Virus record (IMG/VR): IMGVR_UViG_3300025764_000004
Span: 1-64,000 of that record
DNA: 64,000 nucleotides
Direction: 5' to 3' (one strand)
Source: a virus
Positions 44,921 to 55,207 of this stretch are shown here, piece after piece (the stretch's first letter is position 1; each line of letters begins with the position of its first letter). A program made the position numbers and the translations under genes. The notes beneath the pieces were generated by a model. It made no database searches and was not told where the DNA came from. It saw only the letters and a list, made by a program, of their open reading frames with translations.

Positions 44921-47900
44921 TTAATATGATTGTTGTAATTTGCCCATGCTTTGTAATATACCTACTAACTCACGTCCTTCTATGCGGAATTTCACTGTTG
45001 TCGTGCCGGATGTATTACTAAGCATACTAAAGGACTTCCCAGCCGGGATCACCGTTTCTCCAGAGGATAATAAAGCTGGATAAGTATCATTTGGGTAACC
45101 ACCTGGAACAACTCCTCCTTTTGCCAATAACAAAGGTAAGACAGTTGTAACTATTGGAATAATTGAAGCAAGCCAATCACCACTACCTCCGCTGCTGGAT
45201 GATTTTTTACCATTTCCACTAACAGCATTTGTGATATCTCCAATATCTTTGATTATTGCTAAAACTTGTGTTATTCCTGTAATGATTTCACTAATTATAG
45301 AAAATACTCTTTGAAAAGAATCCCCCATATATTTTCCAATTGTATTACCTAATCTGCCTATGTCATTAAGTAAATTCCTCCATGCTCGCAATTCTCTTGT
45401 ATTAACTTTTGTTATTTCTTCTATCTGAGACAAACTGGCTATTAATTTTGTATGAGCATCAATCCATTTAGGGGAATTTTCTTCTGTTTGATTCATTACC
45501 TGTAAATACCCATCTGCCGCAGTTTTCAATGCACTTGTTTTTTCCTCAGTTCCTTTAAAAGAATCTCCTACATACTTCTGTTTTAAGGCTATAAATGTAA
45601 GAGTATTTGTAAGTTCTTTTCCTATTGCATCAATATCATCAAAACCCTTTTTATAAATGCCATTTAAACCTATTTGTTTATTTAAATCACCTGAATTAAT
45701 TAATTTATTCAACTCCTCTTGATCTTTTTTAATTTCATCAGCTGTTTTGAATGTTTGAAAAGCAGTTCTTCCTTCCGTAATCATATTATTATTAAACCAA
45801 GAAGATGTTACATTTTGAGCTTTTCCTGGAAGTGGTTTAATTGGGGTGGTATCAAATTGAGCTTTAGTCATATTTATTAATTCTTCTTGTGTCTTTTTAA
45901 TCTTCTCTAAAGCAACCCATTCTTTCATTAATTGATCAAGACGTTTCCCAGAAGCAGTCTGAGCAAGTTCCATCAACTCCTTCATACGATCTTTCTCTTT
46001 TTCAGGTAAATAAGATTCAGGAGTAGTTATTTCTGTATTATTTTTAAGAACATGACCAAGAGCTTCCTCACCTTTTATTCTTAATTTTGTAGTGTCAATA
46101 AGATTTTCTAAAAAAGACTTTTGTTTACTATATTGTATTTCTGCATTATTGGCATTAGTCATTTGATAATAGCCTACAGATTTAAGATCATCAAAATATG
46201 CCCCAAATGGAGACACACCTAATGCTCGCATAATACCTTGACTATTAACAGACTGTCCAAAAGTCATTTTTTTGTCCGCTCCTGACATAACATCAGAAAG
46301 ACGTTTCTTTTCTACATCAACAAGTAAATCACTGGCAGCTTGTAATGTAGCTTTTTCTTTTAATTTTGATATATACTCATTTATTGCTGTTGTTGCTCTT
46401 CCTGTCTTAATAGCTTCCTCATCTATACCTCCAAGGTATGCAGGTAAAATCCCATTGATTTCTGCAATAGCACTTGCCTTCATTTCTTTTGAGGCATACT
46501 CACTTTTAGCAAGTCTCAATAACGACTCTAAACGAACACTTTCTTGAACTACAGATTGTTGTGCAATTGTGTTTAAGTCATTTAATGTTCTTTGGGCTAC
46601 CGATAACTGATTTGCTGCCTGAGCTGCCTGAATAAAATAAGTAGCTAATAAAGCAACACCTACGGCTGCAGCCATCCAAGGATTAGCCATAATTGCCAAT
46701 GTAACGGTCCTTATAGCTCCTCCTACCCAAACTAAGGCTACATATAATCCTGAAAATATCTTTATATAAGCTGCCACAGCAAGTCCAACAGGACCTAAAA
46801 TAGCTAAAAATCCTCCTAATTCTATAATCATTGTTTGTACGGAAGGAGACAGCCTACTAAACCATGAAGCAAGTGAATTTAATGTTTCACTAAGTGATTT
46901 TAATATTGGTATTAAAGACCTCTGTATAGCCGCTCCTAAAGCAAGTAAATTATTTTGAAATGATATTTTTACCAATTTTAATTGCTGTTCCGTTGTCAAT
47001 GACATTACTGCAAAGGCGTCATTCATTGCACCTATACTGTTTGTAACCCTATTTTGAATACCAATATTGTTTTCTAAATTTTTCCCCATTAAGGACAATA
47101 CACCAGTCAATGCTCTAACATTTGGGAATACCTTTGCTACAATATCTTCTCCAAATCGTTTTGTCATTGTATCAACCTTCATTAAAGCACCTAATAATCC
47201 ATCCTCTCGGAGGGTTTTACGAAGTCCTTCAATAGTATAACTAGTATCCCCCATTTTTACAGCCATAGCAGCCAATGCTTCTCGTGCCTCATGTGTAGGC
47301 TTCAACATACTAGCTAATATCTGCCTTAAACTTGTTGCAGCCATAGAAGCATTGAATCCTGTACGTGTCATGGCTGCCAATGCTCCTCCTATTTGCTCGA
47401 ATGGAACACCCATTGCTGATGCAACTGGCAAAACCATACCAAATGCTGAAGCAAGTGTTTCAGCAGCGACCTTACCTTCTCGTACAGAAGCAACTAAAAT
47501 ATCTGTCGCTCTAGCGGCTGTTATATTTGCCTTACCATAATTGTTTAAAGCATAACCTACCAAGCGTGCAATAACATCAGTCTCTCCTAAACCAGAAGCA
47601 GCAGCTTTGGCTGAATATTCAACAACATCTAAAGCTTCTTTGCCTCTGATACCTGACGAAGCTACATAGTATAAAGCATCCGCAAGTTCTTTAGAAGATC
47701 TGGCTGTCACATTACTAATTCTAGCAATACCTACTTTCCAAGCATCCACTTGACTTTGAGAAACTCCGGCCAATGCTACAATCTTTTGAGAAGCATATTC
47801 AAAATCAGCAGCCATTTTCACAGCACCTCCTCCTATGAGTAATAAAGGCATGGTTAGATAACGACTGGCAGCACTACCAAATCTTTGAAATTGATTAGAC

Positions 47901-48034
47901 GTTCTTTCTAATGAAGCAGAAATAGATTGCATACTTGTTTCGGCCTTTGTCTGAAAGCTTTTTAATCCATCTTCCCCTTGCTTCAATCCAGAAGCATCGA
48001 CACCTAACGTTACCCAAAGTTCCCCTATATTCAT
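44921..48034 (-). CDS. Tail tape measure protein (TP901-like)
   Basis: 1037 aa, Ala-rich helical, IGELWVTLGVD start. Confidence 0.92.
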   Translation of the reverse strand: MNIGELWVTLGVDASGLKQGEDGLKSFQTKAETSMQSISASLERTSNQFQRFGSAASRYLTMPLLLIGGGAVKMAADFEYASQKIVALAGVSQSQVDAWKVGIARISNVTARSSKELADALYYVASSGIRGKEALDVVEYSAKAAASGLGETDVIARLVGYALNNYGKANITAARATDILVASVREGKVAAETLASAFGMVLPVASAMGVPFEQIGGALAAMTRTGFNASMAATSLRQILASMLKPTHEAREALAAMAVKMGDTSYTIEGLRKTLREDGLLGALMKVDTMTKRFGEDIVAKVFPNVRALTGVLSLMGKNLENNIGIQNRVTNSIGAMNDAFAVMSLTTEQQLKLVKISFQNNLLALGAAIQRSLIPILKSLSETLNSLASWFSRLSPSVQTMIIELGGFLAILGPVGLAVAAYIKIFSGLYVALVWVGGAIRTVTLAIMANPWMAAAVGVALLATYFIQAAQAANQLSVAQRTLNDLNTIAQQSVVQESVRLESLLRLAKSEYASKEMKASAIAEINGILPAYLGGIDEEAIKTGRATTAINEYISKLKEKATLQAASDLLVDVEKKRLSDVMSGADKKMTFGQSVNSQGIMRALGVSPFGAYFDDLKSVGYYQMTNANNAEIQYSKQKSFLENLIDTTKLRIKGEEALGHVLKNNTEITTPESYLPEKEKDRMKELMELAQTASGKRLDQLMKEWVALEKIKKTQEELINMTKAQFDTTPIKPLPGKAQNVTSSWFNNNMITEGRTAFQTFKTADEIKKDQEELNKLINSGDLNKQIGLNGIYKKGFDDIDAIGKELTNTLTFIALKQKYVGDSFKGTEEKTSALKTAADGYLQVMNQTEENSPKWIDAHTKLIASLSQIEEITKVNTRELRAWRNLLNDIGRLGNTIGKYMGDSFQRVFSIISEIITGITQVLAIIKDIGDITNAVSGNGKKSSSSGGSGDWLASIIPIVTTVLPLLLAKGGVVPGGYPNDTYPALLSSGETVIPAGKSFSMLSNTSGTTTVKFRIEGRELVGILQSMGKLQQSY

Positions 48035-48465
48035 TTCTTTTGTAGTTTTAATGGAGGACTGATTCTTGCTTTGTTACCACTCAATTGTTTGTTATGTATT
48101 TCTGCAAATGTTGATAATAATTGTTCCATCTCATCTGCTGATTGCTTTTCTATTACTTTATTCTTCCTTGCTTCTCGATCCCAAACAGGCATAAAGTCTG
48201 CTGGTGTTGATAAATCCGATTCTTGTATTTCTGGCTTTTGGGGATCATGATAAATAGATTTCACAAAATTACTAATCAAACTTGCTAAATGTGCTTCTCT
48301 AAAATCATCCCTCCAAGTGCCTATCGGGTCTAATCTATCGTACGCTTCCCATTCACTTAATTGAGTAGAGGTTAACTGATCCAGCAATTGATCTGGATGT
48401 GCAAACCCTAATTCTCTACAGAGTCTGAATTGGAACTGCCGTCCTGGACGGCTTCGGAGTTTTTT
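48031..48465 (-). CDS. Tail assembly chaperone extension (gpT-like), reached by -1 frameshift
   Basis: -1 frame is open from AAAAAAC into LDQLTSTQLSEWEAY. Confidence 0.75.
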   Translation of the reverse strand, partial: KKLRSRPGRQFQFRLCRELGFAHPDQLLDQLTSTQLSEWEAYDRLDPIGTWRDDFREAHLASLISNFVKSIYHDPQKPEIQESDLSTPADFMPVWDREARKNKVIEKQSADEMEQLLSTFAEIHNKQLSGNKARISPPLKLQKK

Positions 48466-48836
48466 ACTAAAGCCTCCTTATCCTCTTCAGTGATATTATT
48501 CAACTTTTGTGCAACATTGACAATCTTCTCCAACCGCTTTGCAGACATGTGTTGAGAAAGAATTGGGTAGTCCTCTGGTTTGAGTAAAGCTACTCCTTTG
48601 TCATCGCATACAGTAACAACTGCTAACTTTGCACGAAAGTCTTCAACAGAACGATCATACCCTGTTATTGCACCTAATTCATTTTTAGTTTCTTTAAGAA
48701 GAGATTGTTCAAATAAATCCCTTTCTCGTCCTGTCATTTGACGGACAAATACATACTCATCTTTACCAAGATCAACTCTTTTGACCTCTAGATTTTCTTT
48801 TTTCAATAATGAGTTTCGATTTAATAAAATAGACAT
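48408..48836 (-). CDS. Tail assembly chaperone (gpG-like)
   Basis: VRQMTGRERD; slippery site near the 3' end. Confidence 0.85.
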   Translation of the reverse strand: MSILLNRNSLLKKENLEVKRVDLGKDEYVFVRQMTGRERDLFEQSLLKETKNELGAITGYDRSVEDFRAKLAVVTVCDDKGVALLKPEDYPILSQHMSAKRLEKIVNVAQKLNNITEEDKEALVKNSEAVQDGSSNSDSVEN

Positions 48837-48871
48837 GATGAATGATTTTAAATGATTAGTATTACTTTGTA

Positions 48872-48890
48872 AAAAATGACATGATTAGTC
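48872..48890 (-). terminator. Short hairpin + U tract after the tail tube gene (identical core at 55607)
   Basis: GAC-TAATCAT-GTC-ATTTTTT on the - strand. Confidence 0.5.
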
Positions 48891-48899
48891 CTTTTTAAA

Positions 48900-49346
48900 T
48901 TAAAAATTAGACGATGGTGAACCACTATCTTCGCCGGTATGTTTTAAGACCTCACCTGTAACCTGAATGGTCACATCGAGTGTCACGGCATTTTTTGCAT
49001 CAATCGTAAGAGGAAGCTCAGTTACAAATCCTTCAAATTCGAATGAGGTATGCATAGCATTCCCCAATACAACTTGATAGTATTGATTTTCATAAGCTTC
49101 AAAATCAGCTTTGAGTGCATCGTATCCATCACTGGTAAAGTTCATAGTCAGAGAAATTGTCCCTGCCTCCTTAAACCCGGCGATGAATTCTTTGTACCCT
49201 CCAGTGCTATCCATAGAGGTGACTTCAATAATCTCCTTTTTGAACCCTGGTCCTTTGATGGAAGTTATTTCTGCAATGGCAACCCAATCTGAGTCATCCC
49301 ATTTATAGAACTTCGTTCCTACACCACTAAATGCCTTACTTGCCAT
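48900..49346 (-). CDS. Major tail tube protein
   Basis: IEVTSMDSTGGYKEFIAG.KEAG, FEGFV, VTG. Confidence 0.9.
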   Translation of the reverse strand: MASKAFSGVGTKFYKWDDSDWVAIAEITSIKGPGFKKEIIEVTSMDSTGGYKEFIAGFKEAGTISLTMNFTSDGYDALKADFEAYENQYYQVVLGNAMHTSFEFEGFVTELPLTIDAKNAVTLDVTIQVTGEVLKHTGEDSGSPSSNF

Positions 49347-49357
49347 AAAAATTTCTC

Positions 49358-49750
49358 CTATCTTCTTTGAATATTAAAATTGATAGTAAAGCGTGCCCGA
49401 CTATTCTCATCCCAATCAAGCAGAGCCGGTCCACTGATACAGTATATAACAGAATAATACGTAGAATTCCATGTCTCATTTGCCCGGCCATGTAATGCTG
49501 TCTTAATCTGTTCACATAGAGCACTTCCTGTCTGATAATCTCGAGCGCGAACTCGCATATTAACAGAAGGATATTCATATCCTTGATCTGTCAAATTCAA
49601 TTGAGGAGGCATCCCTGCATAATCAAATACAGTTACACAAACATCTGGTTTAGTAGGTTCACGACCTACAAACAAGTTTTCTGCAAAAGTCAGTCCTAGA
49701 CTACTTTCTGCCTCTAATATATCTACAATGTCGATTGACGAAGCGTTCAT
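49358..49750 (-). CDS. Tail terminator/completion protein
   Basis: YPSVNMRVR, DENSRARFTINF. Confidence 0.75.
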   Translation of the reverse strand: MNASSIDIVDILEAESSLGLTFAENLFVGREPTKPDVCVTVFDYAGMPPQLNLTDQGYEYPSVNMRVRARDYQTGSALCEQIKTALHGRANETWNSTYYSVIYCISGPALLDWDENSRARFTINFNIQRR

Positions 49751-49752
49751 TT

Positions 49753-50259
49753 TTATGCTTTTTTACTTGCACCATCTGCAATTATCTGCAATATGGTATC
49801 ATGATTTCTATTTATTGAAGATTCTAGCCACTTAGCCCCTGCACCTGCTCTAGGTATGTATTCTCGTCTTCTTCCCTTACCTGGACCATATCGTATTCTT
49901 GGAGAAGTGAAATCTGCATCGACCATTTCGTGAACCCAAAGAGCATAATTAACAGGATACCCAAATTGTATTCCGTAATTCTGATATCTGTTACCTGTTC
50001 TAGATCCTACATTAGCTTTTGCCTCTCCATGTGTATCTTTAACAGTGAATGAACTTCTTAATGTATTTGTATCGACAGGAGTTAATGGTGGAACTGATTC
50101 TACATCTCTTTGAATAAATCTTGCAGCTCTATTCATTCCTGCACGACTTCCATTGGAGATTAATAGTACCTCTTTATTCAGATTTGCAATCACTTGCTCC
50201 CATCCTCTGATGCTGCCGTAATCTATTCCTCCGTGTCCGCCTGTATGAGATATTGCCAT
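49753..50259 (-). CDS. HK97 gp10-like tail completion protein
   Basis: PVDTNTLRSS, YALWVHE, AKWLE. Confidence 0.8.
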   Translation of the reverse strand: MAISHTGGHGGIDYGSIRGWEQVIANLNKEVLLISNGSRAGMNRAARFIQRDVESVPPLTPVDTNTLRSSFTVKDTHGEAKANVGSRTGNRYQNYGIQFGYPVNYALWVHEMVDADFTSPRIRYGPGKGRRREYIPRAGAGAKWLESSINRNHDTILQIIADGASKKA

Positions 50260-50269
50260 TTCTTTACTT

Positions 50270-50662
50270 TTATACTGTTCCGAATCCTAGATACGCTGTA
50301 TGTACAAACTTTGTAGTAGAAAAGATTTCTGGTACTTTGTCAAATCCTATAATTTGATAAGCTCCATTCACTTCTTTAGGTGAAATAGGATCACCACTAC
50401 TTTCTCCAAAATCTAGAACATCATCTAAGGCTCCTAAATATAACCATCCTTGGACTTTTAAATCCTGAGTCACTAAGACTTCTGCTTTTTGATGAATTTC
50501 TATACCATCGTTACTTGTAAATATACGTTCTTTATCAGTCCAACGACAGGCTATTTCTATCGGATAATTAAACGTCATCCCTCCAAACCCATCATTTTGA
50601 GGATTCCCCCAATACACGGCTGTCTGTTTACAAACTCTTTTTATGAATCCTTGAATACTCAT
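50270..50662 (-). CDS. Head-tail adaptor/closure protein
   Basis: QTAVYW...DGFG...IACRW; position. Confidence 0.7.
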   Translation of the reverse strand: MSIQGFIKRVCKQTAVYWGNPQNDGFGGMTFNYPIEIACRWTDKERIFTSNDGIEIHQKAEVLVTQDLKVQGWLYLGALDDVLDFGESSGDPISPKEVNGAYQIIGFDKVPEIFSTTKFVHTAYLGFGTV

Positions 50663-51030
50663 TAGTCAAAAGATTTAATTGCATAAATTTTTACAGTTTT
50701 TCCTGATAATGAAGCCATTAAACCTGTTGCATCTAACGTTAGAACCATTTGTCCATATGGAGTAGAAGAAAGCCCTGCACCAAACACACCTTCATATTCT
50801 ATTTTAGCCCCTCCTGCTTCTTCTTTCTTAGCAATACGTTCCTGAGTACTTTTAATCATGTGTGCTGTGAGCCAACGTTCTATCTCTTTTAAAAGATCAG
50901 TTGTACCTGTGCCTAATACAGAATTTACCAATGTATTTGCTCCTGTAATATATGTTTCTACAACAAGGTCAGTTAATTCTGTATCCTCTAATATTGCTTT
51001 AACTTCCGCTGCCGTTACTCTTACTGCCAT
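50662..51030 (-). CDS. Head-tail connector protein
   Basis: WLTAH, STPYGQ. Confidence 0.75.
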   Translation of the reverse strand: MAVRVTAAEVKAILEDTELTDLVVETYITGANTLVNSVLGTGTTDLLKEIERWLTAHMIKSTQERIAKKEEAGGAKIEYEGVFGAGLSSTPYGQMVLTLDATGLMASLSGKTVKIYAIKSFD

Positions 51031-51031
51031 G

Positions 51032-51729
51032 CTATGTGCTCCTTTCTTTTTGTTTGCTATTCTTTAACAATCCTTGAACCATATTGGTAACTTTATCATT
51101 CCATTCTAAACCTAACCACTCTATAGTTTCTTTCATTTGCTCAAAATCACCCATTGCCATTCTTTCTGGCCAAAGTTCTTTATAATCTAACCCAGCTCCA
51201 ATCATCTCTACAAACCTCTTTTCATGCTCGTGTACCCACCAAAGCCATCCGTCAGCCTCATCTTTAACATTTATCTCTTGACGATTGCCTTCATTCTTAA
51301 AAGCAGTCATAAAGCCTGTTTTTAAACAACTTTGGATGATATCCCCTGTTCTGCGCCTAACTATAATCCACTTTGCATTTGGATAAAATGTGTCCCACAA
51401 AGTCCAGGTTTGTCCAATTCTTGCACTCTTATACATCCAAGGCTGATCTTCTTTATACCCACCGTTTGCTAAAATCAATTCAATCACTTATTCCAATGAT
51501 GAGGAGCATTTATCCGATCCAAATTAGGTAAAGGGTACTGCCCTCTTGCATCAGCACTATTTGATTCATATAATCCATTTACCAGTCGTTTTATAGCTAT
51601 ATTTTCAAGCATCTCAGTAGTTTGCCCAGTCCAAACACCACAAGATTGAATAATCTTTGCTACTATGGTGCTTCCTGAACGTTCTATTCCGGTTACAAAA
51701 ATTGGACTATATGATGTTTTTGATGCCAT
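51032..51729 (-). pseudogene. Sulfotransferase split into two frames (51484..51729 + 51032..51487)
   Basis: PAPS motif GIERSGST in piece 1; WMYK, IIVRR, WLGL in piece 2; junction AAGTGATT. Confidence 0.6.
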
Positions 51730-53120
51730 ACTCTGTATTTATTTGCAATTTTATTACTGGTTGCCTGTAATTGTGAATTCAATTTAAAAGATTGTTGTTC
51801 ATCATGCCTTCGATAAACTGCAAGAACCGAATCACAGTATGCTAATTTTAATCCTGCATGAAGGCATCTTAAATTAAATTCATATTCTTCACTATCTGGT
51901 AATGTTTCATCAAAACTACCTACTTTTTCAAATACTGATTTACGATACATTGTGGTAGCTGAATGAATGAAATTTGCTTTCAATAAATCAGATAAACTAC
52001 CATCTTTAACAATTGGTTTATATAAACAAATACTGTTATCTTTAACTTTTAATTCTGAAGCCATACCATGAATAAAATCAGCTCCTGTACTTTCTAACGT
52101 GCTAACAGAATCTTCAATACAATTTGGAGTCAACATATCATCGTCATGTAAATATTTGATGTATTCCCCTTCTGCTTGATCTAATACTTTATTGAAATTC
52201 TCAGCCCACATACCTGGTCCTTCTGATACCAATAATTGACAATTTTTAGGAACACTATTAATAGCATCTTGTAACCAAGTTCTTTTTGGATTTTCTTTGT
52301 ATGGTATAATCACTGTCACTAATGCTTTTTGTTTCGGAAAACACTCATTAATGTAATCGCATACCCAGTTCCTATATTGAGCAGCGGACCACATTTTTGG
52401 AAGTCCGTGTAAACAAATAATAGAAAAATGATCAGGTTCTCTTCTTATATACTCAAACCATCTCTGTTTTCCATCTTGCCCAGCAATACGTTCTCCTTCT
52501 TTTGGTTTGAAAGTTCCTACTTTATTGGTTATTTGCTGCCACCAAACATCTGGTCGTTTTACGGTGGTTTTAATAAATTCCTGATCCCCACTTTTACAAG
52601 AATTCATCCACTCCTCAGGATCGGTTAACCATTTTTCCCAGATTTGAGTTATTTTTTCATTATTTGCAGGGATCCACATGATACCCGAATATAAAGTAGC
52701 TTCAACACTATTTATTGAATGTACTTTTTTATCCTCAGTAAATGGACCTAAAGCAATGAATTTATTAATGTGCTCCTCTGCTGGAGGAAGAATTCCTGTT
52801 AAATTACCAACTACTAAAGTATCCAAATCAATGAATAAAAACGGTCTATATTGTTCCATTTCTGGAGAAAATATATTCATCTTTGCCCACCACTTCGACC
52901 AGTGAGTTTGCATTGGGATGACTTTCACATTCACTAAATCGAACGGTTGTGTTATCTTGTCCCACAAACAAATAACTTCTACATCAGAACATTGTTTGTG
53001 TAAATGATATGCTATCAATTCCACATCGGAGAAAGAATAAGAACCTCCTCCTTTGTGAGTAAAGGCTTCTTTTGGACTACTCCTCAAGACTAACACCACC
53101 CGATTAATCAACTTTTGCAT
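51693..53120 (-). CDS. Bifunctional glycosyltransferase (GT8-like + GT2)
   Basis: WWAK, FIDLD, GDQ, HGLPK; VIIPY, LHDDD, FDE. Confidence 0.85.
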   Translation of the reverse strand: MQKLINRVVLVLRSSPKEAFTHKGGGSYSFSDVELIAYHLHKQCSDVEVICLWDKITQPFDLVNVKVIPMQTHWSKWWAKMNIFSPEMEQYRPFLFIDLDTLVVGNLTGILPPAEEHINKFIALGPFTEDKKVHSINSVEATLYSGIMWIPANNEKITQIWEKWLTDPEEWMNSCKSGDQEFIKTTVKRPDVWWQQITNKVGTFKPKEGERIAGQDGKQRWFEYIRREPDHFSIICLHGLPKMWSAAQYRNWVCDYINECFPKQKALVTVIIPYKENPKRTWLQDAINSVPKNCQLLVSEGPGMWAENFNKVLDQAEGEYIKYLHDDDMLTPNCIEDSVSTLESTGADFIHGMASELKVKDNSICLYKPIVKDGSLSDLLKANFIHSATTMYRKSVFEKVGSFDETLPDSEEYEFNLRCLHAGLKLAYCDSVLAVYRRHDEQQSFKLNSQLQATSNKIANKYRVWHQKHHIVQFL

Positions 53121-53121
53121 A

Positions 53122-53754
53122 TCAACTATTTTTCAAATATAAAGCGTCACCCCAACTCTGACAAGCCATTTGAGTCAATACTCTTTTAAATCCAAATTGA
53201 CTTAAAAACAAGTCTAACTCCTCTACATGAACACATTTTTTGTACACATCTTCCGTATTGATTTCTGTGTATACAATATCAATTGATTTTAATGTTTGAA
53301 CACTTCCTTTTAATACTTCCAATTCAAATCCTTGAACATCCATGCAAATCATGTTATAACTAATTCTTGGAAATTTAATATTGTCAAGTTTCCTCACCTG
53401 AATTGTTTCTTTTGTAAGAAATTCTATGTTTGGGTATGTTTGTAAATGTGTTCCGGGTTCAAGTAGAGAACTACTCATTCCCTGATTAGCAGTTTCAATC
53501 CACATTTCTCTTTCCCCTGTTTCATTACCAAGAGCAACATTGTATGTTAATACTTTTGAAGCCTCACCGATTGTTTTTAATAGTTTTTGATATGTATCTT
53601 TTACTGGTTCAAAGAAAATCATATTTTTTATTCCCTGATGAACATAAGCTGGGTACTCTTGACCCACATGAGCTCCAACATGCAAAACTCCTTTAATCTG
53701 AAGTTTGTAATCTGCCGCTATTTTATTCAATGATATGATCATATCAGTATCCAA
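53122..53754 (-). CDS. FkbM-family O-methyltransferase
   Basis: HVGAHVG, FEP, MDVQGFELEVLKG. Confidence 0.9.
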   Translation of the reverse strand: MDTDMIISLNKIAADYKLQIKGVLHVGAHVGQEYPAYVHQGIKNMIFFEPVKDTYQKLLKTIGEASKVLTYNVALGNETGEREMWIETANQGMSSSLLEPGTHLQTYPNIEFLTKETIQVRKLDNIKFPRISYNMICMDVQGFELEVLKGSVQTLKSIDIVYTEINTEDVYKKCVHVEELDLFLSQFGFKRVLTQMACQSWGDALYLKNS

Positions 53755-54515
53755 TCTTTTGGTAAGTATTTCTTCTTTTCTCTTTCTTGTACAGACTCAA
53801 TACAAACATCTTTTGAACCTACTACAATTTTATTTTGAGTAGTACTCAAATATGCAGCAAGTGTAGAAAATGTACTGTTTGAAATAATAAAATTAGAACA
53901 TCGTGTCATTAAATCAAACGATAAATAATCTGGTAATTCTACAAATGTTAATTTTCTACTAAAAAACTCTTCTTTAAACTTTTCTTTACACCACTGAATA
54001 TCGTCGCTAAAAATAAAAAGATCCCCTTTAACTAAATGCAGAGCATGATAATAATAACTTAAAGAAAGTACCTTAAATCCTTTTGTTGTTACATAATCGC
54101 CTCGCCTAATGTGCATTGCTACGATTTCACTATTTTCAGCCTGTTTTCTCAGCATTTTATACTTCTGAGTATAATAGATATCCTTTACTTTTAATTCTGC
54201 TTGTAAATGGCTTAGAATGCCTTCATAATATCTTAAATACTGCCAATATCCCCAAAAATTACAATCTCGAAGATTTGTCAATGCTTCATCATACCCTGCT
54301 TCTTGAATGGTTAATTGATTTCCTATAAATGAATGAATTGGAATCTCTAATTTAAATTTATCAAGTAAATAAGGGCGAGGAGTGTCTTTATGATTTTTAT
54401 CAGAAAACCAAGAACTATCATAGGTAACTTTAATTCCATTAGCAGCCTGAACTTGTCCAAAAGCATACTGGAATATTTGATTTCCTAAACCTCCCATTAA
54501 CTTGATTACATTCAT
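53739..54515 (-). CDS. Alpha-1,2-fucosyltransferase (GT11)
   Basis: GGLGNQIFQY, GYWQ, HIRRGDY, FSDD, NSTFS. Confidence 0.92.
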   Translation of the reverse strand: MNVIKLMGGLGNQIFQYAFGQVQAANGIKVTYDSSWFSDKNHKDTPRPYLLDKFKLEIPIHSFIGNQLTIQEAGYDEALTNLRDCNFWGYWQYLRYYEGILSHLQAELKVKDIYYTQKYKMLRKQAENSEIVAMHIRRGDYVTTKGFKVLSLSYYYHALHLVKGDLFIFSDDIQWCKEKFKEEFFSRKLTFVELPDYLSFDLMTRCSNFIISNSTFSTLAAYLSTTQNKIVVGSKDVCIESVQEREKKKYLPKDWILI

Positions 54516-55207
54516 AATACAATGTCTTTAAAATTCATTCTTGGAAACTCTTCGATCTTTGAATCTGGATTTGCATTAATACATTCAATACCTAAACGTT
54601 TTAAATCTGCAGCCATGTCTAAAAATCCTTTCATGTGGTTCTTCATTGTACTTTTCACTGTTTGCAATGGACTGGTATAGTATTTATGCCAATGTTGATT
54701 ATTGCCTCCATCTAATGTCATATCAAAACCTAATAATATAATCCGCTTTGCACCTAAATGTACTGCAAAATTGATTGCAGCAGATCCTGAATTATTATTC
54801 CAACATACCATTGATTCTTTTGTACAAATGCCTTTTATGTGCTCCGGATTATTTGGAGTAATTTGTTTCACATACTTAATCCTCATGTCCTGATCATCCC
54901 CATTTGCACACGATACTCTTAATCCTTTGAACTGTAATAAATCTACTTTATGAGCTTTCCAAAAGCCTGTGTCCCCAAAAAATACAATATCAATCCAATC
55001 GCCTAATTTAAAAGCCATATTGACTGCAATGACATGCTGATTGTGAAGCGGTTTTAAATAGGGAGAATACACATTCGGCTGATCTCTACCTTTATACACC
55101 CTATTGACAAGTTCCTGAGGAATATCAAATTGTTTCAGTATAGAAGGCCCTCCTCCTATTATAATCACCGTTCCGCCATCCCAGACTTTTGGAATTTTCC
55201 ACATCAT
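54512..55207 (-). CDS. DUF115/MptE-like Rossmann transferase (sialyltransferase-like fold)
   Basis: IIGGGPS, IAVN, NSG, LGAKRIILLGFDM. Confidence 0.7.
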   Translation of the reverse strand: MMWKIPKVWDGGTVIIIGGGPSILKQFDIPQELVNRVYKGRDQPNVYSPYLKPLHNQHVIAVNMAFKLGDWIDIVFFGDTGFWKAHKVDLLQFKGLRVSCANGDDQDMRIKYVKQITPNNPEHIKGICTKESMVCWNNNSGSAAINFAVHLGAKRIILLGFDMTLDGGNNQHWHKYYTSPLQTVKSTMKNHMKGFLDMAADLKRLGIECINANPDSKIEEFPRMNFKDIVL

